From: Candidatus Dojkabacteria bacterium
Lineage (GTDB): Bacteria; Patescibacteriota; Dojkabacteria; SC72
Length of the DNA: 64,000 nt
Assembly (NCBI GenBank): GCA_012513575.1
Contig: JAAZBX010000001.1
Span: forward strand, 10,163 to 74,162
Direction: 5' to 3'
In this document: one piece after another, positions 36,007-45,221 of the stretch
How the letters are laid out: the number at the start of each line of letters is the position of its first letter
Position numbering within the stretch: the first letter of the stretch is position 1
Made by a program: the position numbers and the translations under genes
Notes under the pieces: generated by a model
The model's database searches: none
Told to the model about the DNA's origin: nothing
Seen by the model: only the letters and a program-made list of their open reading frames with translations

Positions 36007-36624
36007 CTAAAGCTTTGTCACTTGAGAGAGCTCCAACTCTACAGGGGCTTCTCTGCCTAAGAATGAGATGAGGACTTTTATCTTACCCTTAGTTGTGTCA
36101 ATTTCCTGAACACTACCAATGAAATCAGCGAAAGCTCCTTCTGTAATCTTAACAGCTTCGCCAACACTAAATGATGTCTGAAAGGAAGGTTGTTCAACCT
36201 CCATGAACTTAGTAATTGCTTGAACCTCTGACTCTGCAAGAGGCTTAGGATATCTATCAGTTTTTACAAATCCTCTCACACCCTCTGTATTTTGAACCAA
36301 GTCCCAAGTTTTATTATTTAATTCCATTTTGATAAGAATATATCCAGGAAATATTTTCTCCTCTCTTACCTCCTGTTTCCCCTTCTTTACAAAAATTTTT
36401 TTCTGTACTGGAACTAAAATATCTACAATCTCATCTTCCATTCCTGTGGCTTCAGCCCTCTGCCTTAATTCTTTTTGAATGCTGTTTTCATACCCATTTC
36501 TAATATTCAATACATACCACTTTGCATTAATGTTCTCTTTCTTTGTTGATTGAATAGCCTTCTCTTTTGTAATTTTCTTCTTACTTACGACTTTTTTTGT
36601 AGTTTTTTTCTTTTTTTCTTCCAT
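36007..36624 (-). CDS. nusG: transcription antitermination factor NusG with a Lys-rich N-terminal extension
   Basis: NGN domain 'KWYVLNIRNGYENSI' and a C-terminal KOW domain 'FSVGEAVKITEGAFADFIGSV'. About 35 aa of K-rich leader. Confidence 0.9.
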   Translation of the reverse strand: MEEKKKKTTKKVVSKKKITKEKAIQSTKKENINAKWYVLNIRNGYENSIQKELRQRAEATGMEDEIVDILVPVQKKIFVKKGKQEVREEKIFPGYILIKMELNNKTWDLVQNTEGVRGFVKTDRYPKPLAESEVQAITKFMEVEQPSFQTSFSVGEAVKITEGAFADFIGSVQEIDTTKGKIKVLISFLGREAPVELELSQVTKL

Positions 36625-36634
36625 TTCTTTCTAA

Positions 36635-36808
36635 TTAAATATTAAGGAACCAATCTCTAACTTCTGCAAACCCCAAATCGAGGGAGAGCATTACTATTGT
36701 TAGAATACCTGCAATGGCTAAGACATAAAGGGTCATATTCAGTATGTCCTTTCTGTTTGGCCAGGTAGTATTTTTTAGTTCATTTACTATATTTTTAAAA
36801 AATTTCAT
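36635..36808 (-). CDS. secE: preprotein translocase subunit SecE (57 aa; below the ORF-track cutoff)
   Basis: Hand translation 'MKFFKNIVNELKNTTWPNRKDILNMTLYVLAIAGILTIVMLSLDLGFAEVRDWFLNI', a single TM. Canonical position between tRNA-Trp and nusG. Confidence 0.8.
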   Translation of the reverse strand: MKFFKNIVNELKNTTWPNRKDILNMTLYVLAIAGILTIVMLSLDLGFAEVRDWFLNI

Positions 36809-36834
36809 TTGTTAAATTTTTAATTAACTTTTGG

Positions 36835-36907
36835 CAGGCCCACACCGACTCGAACGGTGAACTACGGTTTTGGAGACCGCCATTTTACCGATTGAAACTA
36901 TGGGCCC
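36835..36907 (-). tRNA. tRNA-Trp (anticodon CCA)
   Basis: Acceptor GGGCCCA/UGGGCCU. Anticodon loop CUCCAAA. T-loop TTCGAGT. Canonical position upstream of secE. Confidence 0.8.
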
Positions 36908-36929
36908 TAAACGGTAAAGAGCAATTCAG

Positions 36930-37094
36930 TTATTTAACTTTTGTCTCCTTATGTGTAGTATGCTCATTGCAAACTCCACAAAACTTCTTTAACTCTATCT
37001 TTTCTTTAACATTCTTTGTTTTAAATAGAGTATAGTTTTTACTTCCGCACTTTGTACATTTTAGAGCGATGATGTCTCTTTTTATTTTTGCCAT
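36930..37094 (-). CDS. rpmG: 50S ribosomal protein L33 (54 aa; below the ORF-track cutoff)
   Basis: Hand translation 'MAKIKRDIIALKCTKCGSKNYTLFKTKNVKEKIELKKFCGVCNEHTTHKETKVK' with the C-x2-C...C-x2-C zinc ribbon of L33. Confidence 0.85.
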   Translation of the reverse strand: MAKIKRDIIALKCTKCGSKNYTLFKTKNVKEKIELKKFCGVCNEHTTHKETKVK

Positions 37095-37191
37095 TCCCTG
37101 AACAAAGACTAATTTAGAATAATAATATGGGAAATACTAGGGTATTATATTGGAAAACGGTCAAGAGGTCAAATATTATTGACTATTATTT

Positions 37192-37719
37192 CTATAGACC
37201 TAAATCTTTTTTCTGATTATTTAGTTCTTCTGTTTCTTTGGGTCCATGATATATGAATTCGTCTCTGTCTAAATAGTAATTTTCAGGATAATTTAGAACA
37301 AGGTCTATCTTTTTGTAAGCATCCAAAAGCCAGGTATAAATTGAGTATGGGTTTGAAGAGGGAATATTTGTTTGTATTTCTTGAATGGAATTATCTCTGT
37401 TAAGAAGGATTGCTACAAACTCCTGTTTGTTTATCTTTCGATTGAATATTGAAATTTTATTGTATTGTTCAAATTCTGGACTTCCAGGGAAATATTGAAG
37501 TTGTTGTTCTCCAAATAGGGCATAGGTGATATTAATACCAATTGGTTGATTGAAGTTGTTGATTATCGATACAGTGCCGCCATATTGGTCGAATTCTTCA
37601 AGATTCCCAAATATTGAGCTCATTATTGTTGAAAGGTGGGAAACAGATTCTTCAATTAAATCTTTCTCTTCTGTTGGGATATCAATTGAATTTTCTATGT
37701 TATACCATTCTGAAGGCAT
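37192..37719 (-). CDS. hypothetical protein (about 175 aa)
   Basis: ORF only. The internal ATG is preferred because the TTG at 37749 is only 4 nt from the tRNA-Thr 3' end. No recognisable motif. Confidence 0.4.
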   Translation of the reverse strand: MPSEWYNIENSIDIPTEEKDLIEESVSHLSTIMSSIFGNLEEFDQYGGTVSIINNFNQPIGINITYALFGEQQLQYFPGSPEFEQYNKISIFNRKINKQEFVAILLNRDNSIQEIQTNIPSSNPYSIYTWLLDAYKKIDLVLNYPENYYLDRDEFIYHGPKETEELNNQKKDLGL

Positions 37720-37753
37720 AGAATGTAAAAGTTTAAAGTTATGGGGCAAGTGG

Positions 37754-37827
37754 AGCTGGATCCGAGAGTCGAACTCGGGACCTCATTCTTACCAAGAATG
37801 TGCTCTAACCGTCTGAGCTAATCCAGC
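37754..37827 (-). tRNA. tRNA-Thr (anticodon GGU)
   Basis: Acceptor GCUGGAU/AUCCAGC. Anticodon loop UUGGUAA. T-loop TTCGACT. Confidence 0.8.
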
Positions 37828-38538
37828 CTATTTGTTAATTATTACCTCTTTGCTTCTTAGAGTCTTAATTAAAAATGTTATCCAAACTGGTATAGTAACA
37901 ATAGAAATAGCAACGGGGATACTTGGAGGATTGATTTGTACTATACTGTCAGGTCTAAAGTATATGTAATTTACTAAGAGATATGTAGCCATTGGAATAC
38001 TAATTATTCCAACAACACTGTATCCAATTAAAGATAGGAAATTGTATATTTTTTTAAGCCATACAAATTTTTCTTTTTTCTCCACAAGATGTAAGCCAAT
38101 TTTATGTAATGCGAAAATGATTATCATAGAGACAAAGAAAGAAAGCCCGTTTACAATCTCAGCTTTCTGTTTTTCATTATTAAAGCATACTTTCTGGCCT
38201 TCTATCTCCATGGGATAACCTTCAAAACATAAAGGCTCTGTTGTCTGACCTTCAATTTCAATTGGAGAGTTTACCTCCTGCAAATTGTATGAGAAAGGTA
38301 CTCCGAACTTATATGACATTAATGCATTAATGAAAATTACTAAACCAATCATTGAGATGGCTAATGAGACTAGTGATACTACATAGAAATAAATATGGAG
38401 TAGGGTATTCATGTTAAAGGATGTCTTCTTTTCTTTGTCTTTTGTAAAGTAGACAATCAGGTATATTATTCCTCCAACAAAGAGTAATCCTCCGAGTGCG
38501 GAGAGAACAAAAAACAACACACCAGTGATTTCTCCCAT
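37828..38538 (-). CDS. polytopic membrane protein (236 aa), hypothetical
   Basis: At least five hydrophobic helices. No motif recognised. Confidence 0.45.
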   Translation of the reverse strand: MGEITGVLFFVLSALGGLLFVGGIIYLIVYFTKDKEKKTSFNMNTLLHIYFYVVSLVSLAISMIGLVIFINALMSYKFGVPFSYNLQEVNSPIEIEGQTTEPLCFEGYPMEIEGQKVCFNNEKQKAEIVNGLSFFVSMIIIFALHKIGLHLVEKKEKFVWLKKIYNFLSLIGYSVVGIISIPMATYLLVNYIYFRPDSIVQINPPSIPVAISIVTIPVWITFLIKTLRSKEVIINK

Positions 38539-38558
38539 ATTATAATTGTTTTAAGATA

Positions 38559-38641
38559 AAGATTTAATTTGCAGAGAATTGGATTTGAACCAATGTACCC
38601 CGAAGGGAGCGGATTTACAGTCCGCCGCGTTTGACCACTCC
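38559..38641 (-). tRNA. tRNA-Tyr (anticodon GUA), class II with long variable arm
   Basis: Acceptor GCAGAGA/UCUCUGC. Anticodon loop CUGUAAA. Variable arm CCC-UUCG-GGG. T-loop TTCAAAT. Confidence 0.8.
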
Positions 38642-38644
38642 GCC

Positions 38645-38718
38645 ATCTCTGCACAAGCCAGAGGAGAGATTCGAACTCTCGACCTGCTGTTTACAAAACA
38701 GCTGCTCTGACCAACTGA
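38645..38718 (-). tRNA. tRNA-Thr (anticodon UGU)
   Basis: Acceptor GCCCGAG/CUCUGGC with one C4:U69 mismatch. Anticodon loop UUUGUAA. T-loop TTCGAAT. Confidence 0.75.
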
Positions 38719-39012
38719 GCTACTCGGGCATTCAGAAAGAAGTTTATTATATATTGATTAAATAGTCAATCTTACAGAGAGAGGAGAGTTCTTTATGAAA
38801 GGGGACAAATGCCCCAGAAGAAGGCAGAGTCATAGAGCTCTTAAAGATAAGTGGGGATCCTCAACTCAACCCCAAGGGGCTGAGCGATTATATCTTTTTG
38901 GATTCCCTAGCTCTTGTTTGTGGAGCTATGAAACCGCCTATATTCTTCTAGAGCAGTATATTATCCCATGATATAGAGAGGAAATCCAATAGGTTGGGGC
39001 CTGTAGTTGTGC

Positions 39013-39633
39013 TTAAATGAGACCTAATACCGAAAGAAGAAGGGAAGAGACCTTTGAAATTAGCAGAGATATTATTGATCCAAATGGAAATATGGGGATT
39101 AATAAAATAATTAAAAAGGGTATCTGAAATCTTTCAAGATTCTCCCAGTAATATCTAGCCTTCTGAGGTAAAAATGCTCTTACAATCTTATGTCCATCAA
39201 GAGGTGGGATTGGGAGAAGATTGAATATTGCTAAAACAATATTTACCATGGCAAAAGTTACGAAAAACACAGCCAATCCCCCAGTAGGTCTTAAAAGAGA
39301 ATTTAAAGCAGATATTACTAGTAATAGAAAGAAATTTGATAAAGGACCAGCAATAGAAACTAAGGCAGTATCCCTTGTTCTGTTTTCAAAATTGTATTCA
39401 TTTATTGGTACTGGTTTACTCCATCCAAATTTAAAAAGAATCATGCAGAGTGCTCCAAGAGGATCAATATGTTTGAGAGGGTTGAGAGTCAATCTGCCAT
39501 TTACTTTAGATGTTAAATCACCAAGCTTTGTGGCTGTCCAGGCATGAGCATATTCATGAAAAGTAGAGGCTATAACGATTGAAGGAATAGCAAATATAAT
39601 CCAGTAGAAAAAGCCTGAGTCAATTATGTTCAT
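39013..39633 (-). CDS. site-2 protease family (peptidase M50) membrane metalloprotease
   Basis: 'HEYAHAW' HExxH in a TM helix and 'LLPIPPLDG' (LDG motif). Polytopic. Confidence 0.8.
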   Translation of the reverse strand: MNIIDSGFFYWIIFAIPSIVIASTFHEYAHAWTATKLGDLTSKVNGRLTLNPLKHIDPLGALCMILFKFGWSKPVPINEYNFENRTRDTALVSIAGPLSNFFLLLVISALNSLLRPTGGLAVFFVTFAMVNIVLAIFNLLPIPPLDGHKIVRAFLPQKARYYWENLERFQIPFLIILLIPIFPFGSIISLLISKVSSLLLSVLGLI

Positions 39634-39730
39634 ATCCCATTATAGCAGTTTCTTCTTCGTTAATCTTGAAATAAAATAAAATTGGGATGGTTCTTGCCAT
39701 TCTTAATTTCTTAATATATAATGCAACGCT

Positions 39731-39940
39731 ATGGCAAAGATATGTGAACTATGTGGAAAATCTACAGTATCTGGTAACAGAATTCAACATAAGCACTCAG
39801 TTGGTTGGAGGTACAAAGCTCCAAAAACTAAAAGAGGTTTTAAACCAAATCTAAGAAGTGTAAATGTCGAAATTGATGGAACACCAACTAAGGTGGATGT
39901 TTGTATGAAATGTTACAAACAGCTAAAAAAAGAAATCTAA
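39731..39940 (+). CDS. rpmB: 50S ribosomal protein L28
   Basis: 'MAKICELCGKSTVSGNRIQHKHSVGWRYKAPKTKRGFKPNL' matches the L28 family. Confidence 0.85.
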   Translation: MAKICELCGKSTVSGNRIQHKHSVGWRYKAPKTKRGFKPNLRSVNVEIDGTPTKVDVCMKCYKQLKKEI

Positions 39941-40031
39941 ACCTCTTCTATCTATCATTTCTTATTAACCGAAAGGGCTTTTTGTATATGTACGATATAA
40001 TGAATAAATGATAGAATCATTTAAAGATTAA

Positions 40032-41105
40032 TTGTATTCATTTTTACCGATGAGCTTTATTGACTCTTTTTGGAAACTGATAACATATGATTTGGGCATT
40101 GATTTAGGAACAGCGAACACCATGGTATATATGAGGAATCACGGTGTTGTGGTATCTGAACCTTCAGTTGTTGCTATTGATAAAAGAACCAAAATGGTTC
40201 TGGCTGTTGGAAAAGATGCAAGGCAAATGATTGGTAGAACACCAAGCAATATTGTCGCAGTAAGACCTCTGCGTGATGGGGTGATCTCAGATTTTGATAC
40301 TACCCAAGCTATGATTCATCATTTTATTACAAAGTCTCATAAATATTTTACAAAAGGAATTAGAATTCAAAGACCAAGGGTGATTATTGGGGTACCTTCC
40401 TCTGTGACCGAAGTAGAAAGGCAGGCTGTGATTGATGCGGTTAAAACTGCACAAGCAAGAAAAGTCTATGTAGTTGAAGAGGCCATGGCTGCAGCAATAG
40501 GGGCAGGACTTCCGATAGAAGATGCGTCTGGGAGCATGATTATCGATTTGGGTGGTGGTACCACAGATATTGCAGTTTTCTCTTTGGGAGATATGGTCGT
40601 TGATAGGACAATGAAAATTGCAGGTGATGAGATGGATGAGGACATAATTAACTATGTAAAAAGTAAATACAACATGTTAATAGGGGAGAGAAGTGCAGAG
40701 GATATCAAAATAATGATGGGCTCAGCAATGCCACTTAAGAAAGAGAAAAAATACCCTGTCCAAGGAAGAGATTTACTTACAGGATTACCAAAAACTGTTG
40801 AAATTAGTAGTATTGAAGTTCGAGAGGCCATAATGAATACGATCTCATTAATAACCGAGGCGGTTAAAGATGCAATTGAAGAAACTCCTCCGGAATTACT
40901 TAAAGACTTGGTGTCCTCGGGTGTTTATGTCGCTGGTGGTGGTGCGTTGATTAGAGGTTTGGATACTTTCTGGACAAAGGAGTTAGAGTTGCCAGTAAAA
41001 ATTGTAGAAGATCCCTTATCAGCGGCGGCAAGAGGGACTTCATTAATGCTTGATCACATAGAATTGCTTGATAGAGTCCAAAGATCTTGGGAAGAATTAG
41101 TTTAA
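40032..41105 (+). CDS. mreB: rod-shape-determining protein MreB (paralog 2, in the mreBCD-mrdA operon)
   Basis: 'DLGIDLGTANTMVYMRNHGVVVSEPSVVA', full actin fold, followed by mreC/mreD/PBP2. Confidence 0.9.
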   Translation: MYSFLPMSFIDSFWKLITYDLGIDLGTANTMVYMRNHGVVVSEPSVVAIDKRTKMVLAVGKDARQMIGRTPSNIVAVRPLRDGVISDFDTTQAMIHHFITKSHKYFTKGIRIQRPRVIIGVPSSVTEVERQAVIDAVKTAQARKVYVVEEAMAAAIGAGLPIEDASGSMIIDLGGGTTDIAVFSLGDMVVDRTMKIAGDEMDEDIINYVKSKYNMLIGERSAEDIKIMMGSAMPLKKEKKYPVQGRDLLTGLPKTVEISSIEVREAIMNTISLITEAVKDAIEETPPELLKDLVSSGVYVAGGGALIRGLDTFWTKELELPVKIVEDPLSAAARGTSLMLDHIELLDRVQRSWEELV

Positions 41106-41116
41106 TTCGATATTAA

Positions 41117-41959
41117 ATGAAAAAGTATAAGAAATCATTCACTATCTCTGATAAGCAATCTTTCTTTATTATTTTAATCCCAATTATTATTCTTTTAATA
41201 CTTTTGGATTCAAGAAATCTTTTATATTTTTTCAGAAATGGGCTCTCATTTATATATGAACCTGTAGCTGTCTCGGGAAGTCAAATAGGGAAGGGTATTA
41301 AAGATTACTTTTTAACTTTTTCGCAAATTTCAGATTTTAGAGATGAGTATAATCAGATGAAAATTGATATTTTTGAAAAAGATATTAACAATGCTTACTA
41401 TCAGACAATTTTTGAGGAAAAGCTGGCTTTAGAAAAGCAACTCAATGTGGCCAATAAGGAAGCACATTACCTAAAAGCAAAGGTTGTCGGATATGATAGT
41501 GATAGCATAAGAATTAATGTTGGGAGCGAAGATGGTGTCGTTGTTGGAGATACAGTTCTGTTCGGAAATATGTTCGTTGGTATCGTACATGGGGTAGATT
41601 TAAACGGTTCGTTGGTAATTCTTCCTTATTCTAAAAATAGTAGCTTTGAGGTTTTTATCTCTCCCTCGGGAATAGAGAATGGTGTAGTAACAGAAAAAAC
41701 AGAGGTATTTAGCAAGGCTGTGGTTAAGGGAGTTGGTGATCATATAGATATTGAAAACATTTCTTCCGAATCATTGGTTCAGGATGGTGATATTGTTGTT
41801 TCAAATGATAAAAAAATTAACCAATATTTAGTTATTGGTAAAATTGCAAACATATCTTCAAATCCGGCTGAGGCTTCAAGGAGGGGTAATGTCGTTCCTC
41901 TTATTGATTACAATGATTTGATGACAGTTTTTGTTGATATAAGAAAGGAGGAGATATGA
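41117..41959 (+). CDS. mreC: rod-shape-determining protein MreC
   Basis: N-terminal TM helix, coiled coil, C-terminal beta domain. Operon position. Confidence 0.7.
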   Translation: MKKYKKSFTISDKQSFFIILIPIIILLILLDSRNLLYFFRNGLSFIYEPVAVSGSQIGKGIKDYFLTFSQISDFRDEYNQMKIDIFEKDINNAYYQTIFEEKLALEKQLNVANKEAHYLKAKVVGYDSDSIRINVGSEDGVVVGDTVLFGNMFVGIVHGVDLNGSLVILPYSKNSSFEVFISPSGIENGVVTEKTEVFSKAVVKGVGDHIDIENISSESLVQDGDIVVSNDKKINQYLVIGKIANISSNPAEASRRGNVVPLIDYNDLMTVFVDIRKEEI

Positions 41960-42462
41960 TATTAGTTTTACAAATAATTGGAATTTTTCTTGGTTCTTTC
42001 ATTCTGATTTTCTTTGAAAACATCCTTTTGGGTTTGTTCAATTTTAATTTCTTTATTGTATTATTTCTTCTTTTTAGTAAAAGAACTAGTATTAAACTCT
42101 TTTTACCATTAACAATCTTGCTTTCAGTCATCCTTGATGTAGTCTTACATAATATATTGGGAACTACATTGTTGCTTCTTCTTTTACCATCTATTCTTTT
42201 GTATATACTTTCGTTCTTCTCCCAGATTGAAGAAGGGCTCTCTTTATATATTACAAGCTTTTTAGCGGCCCTACTGTTTTACATCTCTAAATGCCTTCTT
42301 ACCCCTTTTCTTCTTACTAATACATGGGGATATTGTGATGGGAAAACATTTGCAGGTATTGTATTTAAAGCACTAATGACCACAGCATTTATATGGCTAG
42401 GAGAGTTGTTAATAGCAAAGTTTAGGGATGGAGGAAATAGTAATCAAATTCGATTAAAATAG
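41956..42462 (+). CDS. mreD: rod-shape-determining protein MreD (polytopic membrane protein)
   Basis: 5 TM helices. 4-nt overlap with mreC. Assigned by position between mreC and the PBP2 gene. Confidence 0.55.
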   Translation: MILVLQIIGIFLGSFILIFFENILLGLFNFNFFIVLFLLFSKRTSIKLFLPLTILLSVILDVVLHNILGTTLLLLLLPSILLYILSFFSQIEEGLSLYITSFLAALLFYISKCLLTPFLLTNTWGYCDGKTFAGIVFKALMTTAFIWLGELLIAKFRDGGNSNQIRLK

Positions 42463-42466
42463 AAAG

Positions 42467-44473
42467 ATGGAATTGAAATTCTCAAAAAAACTTGAGCAAA
42501 TAATAAGACATAGGAAAAAAGCAAAGTTTTCTTTAAAACCAAATGAGTTGATTAAATCTCTTAAGGGTAGTATGACAAATGGTCAAGAGAGAGAATCAAG
42601 CTCTGAATGGAACTATTTAGTGCCCTTTTTGCTCTTTGTAGTACTTTTTGGCTTTCTACTTTTTCATATCTCTGATCTACAAATAAATAAGGGGGAGGAA
42701 ATGCTTGAGAGGTCGAAATTCAATCAGCTAAAAATTAGAAAAGAAAATGCACTAAGGGGGGTAATACTGGATAGAAATGGAACTCTGTTGGCGAGGAACA
42801 TAGCCTCAATGAATGTATATATCTCCGTAGAGAGATATCTTGATGAGAAAGGCTACATTGATACCGTGCACTTGGAAAAAGCCTGTAATACCCTCGGGGG
42901 TATACTTGGCGATTTGTGGAAAGGACAGGACGCTGAGGGCAAAACGGAGTATAGCAATTTGTCAGAAAAAATATATTCACAGTATTTGAATAATACCTAT
43001 TTTACTGAAATACTTGTTGCTCAAAATATTGATGATGAACTAGCAATAAAAATTAAAGCTGCAGAAAATGAGTTGCCAGGAGTTTATATAGATAGTGGAA
43101 GTAAAAGAGAGTATCCTTCCGGCGTGGCTTTCTCTCATCTTTTGGGTTACACTGGTACTGTAACGGCAGAGGATTTGAAAGCTTTGTCCTATGTTGATTC
43201 CACGGATACAGTTGGTAGGACTGGAGTTGAGAAAGAATACGACCAAAACCTAATCGGGATTGATGGCGAAATAGCTTGGGAGGTGGATTCTCTTGGTAGA
43301 AGAGTCCAAGATGAGGGATATATTGTCAAGGAACCAGTTGCAGGGGAAAATCTTTATCTTACAATCGATATGGCAGTACAACAGAAGCTTTACGATTTAA
43401 TGGAGAAAGCTGTTGTTGATTATAAAGCTGTTGGAGGTGCGGCGGTCGTTGAATCTGTTCAAAATGGGGAGTTGATTGCCTTGGTTTCAAATCCAGGCTT
43501 TGATAATAATCTTTTTGTAGGGGGTATATCGCAGAGTGAGTATAAGGGATTACTTGAGAACCCGAGAAATCCTTTGCTTAACAGAGCCATAGCTGCACAG
43601 ATGCCCCCAGGTTCGACATTTAAAACGATAGTTGCTGCTAGTGGGTTGGAGGCGGGTGTATTAACTAAAAACACTGTATATGTGAGTAGGGCAGGATACA
43701 CATTTACTGGTGGGGCTCCTTTTCAGGAATATGGGAATAATTCGTATGGGCCGTTAAATTTAATTGATGCAATATCTGTATCTTCTAATATATATTTCTG
43801 CGAGATGATAAGAAGATGGAATATGGATGCTTTGGTCCCATATATAAAAGAATTTGGAATTGGTGAATATACAAATATTGATTTGTCTGGTGAAGCTCCT
43901 GGGAGATTGCCCTCTCCAGAGAATAAAATAGAGCTTTCAAAATCAAGCCCTTGGTTGGAACCAGTATGGTATCCGGAGGGAGATTCTTGCAACTCAGTTA
44001 TTGGCCAGGGGATAACATTGGTTACTCCAATCCAGATGGCGAATTGGACTTCGGCTATAGCAAATGGAGGAATTTTAAATACTCCTCATTTGGGTAAAAC
44101 GTTTGAAAATGAAAAAAAAGAGAGAAGGGATATACAGTTCTCACCCCTTCAAAAGAAGATTCTTTCAGAGAAATCCCTCTCGACAGTACTTGAAGGTATG
44201 TGGAATGCTGTAAATGGTCCTCGAGCAACTATTCGTGGTCTATCAGGAATTGCAGGACTAACTGTTGCCGCCAAAACCGGTACTGCAGAGTTTGGACAAT
44301 TAAACAAGAAGGGGGAGTATGAACATACCCATGCTTGGGTAACCACAGTATTCCCATATGACAACCCGAAATATGTGCTTACAATTTTCCTAGAAGATGG
44401 AGGACAGAGTTACAATGCTGCCAAAGTTGCTAAAGAAATGATTATTTGGATGAAAGACAATGCGAAGCTTTGA
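42467..44473 (+). CDS. mrdA: penicillin-binding protein 2 (elongasome transpeptidase)
   Basis: PBP dimerisation domain plus transpeptidase motifs 'GSTFK', 'SSN', 'KTGT'. Confidence 0.9.
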   Translation: MELKFSKKLEQIIRHRKKAKFSLKPNELIKSLKGSMTNGQERESSSEWNYLVPFLLFVVLFGFLLFHISDLQINKGEEMLERSKFNQLKIRKENALRGVILDRNGTLLARNIASMNVYISVERYLDEKGYIDTVHLEKACNTLGGILGDLWKGQDAEGKTEYSNLSEKIYSQYLNNTYFTEILVAQNIDDELAIKIKAAENELPGVYIDSGSKREYPSGVAFSHLLGYTGTVTAEDLKALSYVDSTDTVGRTGVEKEYDQNLIGIDGEIAWEVDSLGRRVQDEGYIVKEPVAGENLYLTIDMAVQQKLYDLMEKAVVDYKAVGGAAVVESVQNGELIALVSNPGFDNNLFVGGISQSEYKGLLENPRNPLLNRAIAAQMPPGSTFKTIVAASGLEAGVLTKNTVYVSRAGYTFTGGAPFQEYGNNSYGPLNLIDAISVSSNIYFCEMIRRWNMDALVPYIKEFGIGEYTNIDLSGEAPGRLPSPENKIELSKSSPWLEPVWYPEGDSCNSVIGQGITLVTPIQMANWTSAIANGGILNTPHLGKTFENEKKERRDIQFSPLQKKILSEKSLSTVLEGMWNAVNGPRATIRGLSGIAGLTVAAKTGTAEFGQLNKKGEYEHTHAWVTTVFPYDNPKYVLTIFLEDGGQSYNAAKVAKEMIIWMKDNAKL

Positions 44474-44510
44474 TTAATCCTCTGTTAATACTTCTAATGT
44501 AAATTCAAGT

Positions 44511-45203
44511 GTGAAAATAGTAAAAAAGAACGACAAAGGATTTCCTTTTCTATTAGGGCAAATGGCAGATCCTCCAGAATCTCTTTTTTGTAAAGGAGAT
44601 ATATCATTGTTGGGACATAGGATTGTTACTATAGTTGGGACAAGAAAGGTAACAGAGTACGGGAGGAAAATAGTTGAATTGCTCCTAGGAGAATTTCTTA
44701 AAGAAATGAATATCGTTGTCGCAAGTGGCATGGCTTTTGGAGTTGATGAATATGTTCATAAAGTATGTTTACGAAGGGGAATTAAGACGATGGCTGTTCT
44801 CCCTGGAGGGTTGGAAGATGTAATTCCTGAAAGAAATTACTTGCTTAAGGAGGAGATAAATAAAAAGGGTTTACTTGTAGCTGAACATCCAGGGAAAGTT
44901 CCTTGGGGTAAATATCTTTACATACGAAGGAACCGTATACTCGCGGGGGTATCAGGAATGGTGGTAGTTATACAAGCGGGAGAAACTAGTGGTTCTTTAA
45001 GTACCGCAAGATTCGCATTAGATTACAATAGAGATGTTCTTGTGATTCCTGGGGATATAACTAGAGAGGTATCAAAAGGTTGTAATTTACTTGCAAAGGA
45101 AGGTGCAGAGATGATCACTTGTTTAGAAGATTTTAAAAACATATTAAGAATTGAAGAAAATCAGTTAACTTTCTTTGAGGGAAGAAAGGGGGAATATCCT
45201 TAA
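44511..45203 (+). CDS. dprA: DNA-processing protein DprA/Smf (Rossmann-like domain only, short form)
   Basis: 'GHRIVTIVGTRKVTEYGRK...ASGMAFGVDEYVHKVCL...VLPGGLEDVIP...LVAEHPGK' DprA core. GTG start; an in-frame ATG lies at 44562. Confidence 0.8.
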   Translation: MKIVKKNDKGFPFLLGQMADPPESLFCKGDISLLGHRIVTIVGTRKVTEYGRKIVELLLGEFLKEMNIVVASGMAFGVDEYVHKVCLRRGIKTMAVLPGGLEDVIPERNYLLKEEINKKGLLVAEHPGKVPWGKYLYIRRNRILAGVSGMVVVIQAGETSGSLSTARFALDYNRDVLVIPGDITREVSKGCNLLAKEGAEMITCLEDFKNILRIEENQLTFFEGRKGEYP

Positions 45204-45221
45204 GTGGTATAATACACGAAT

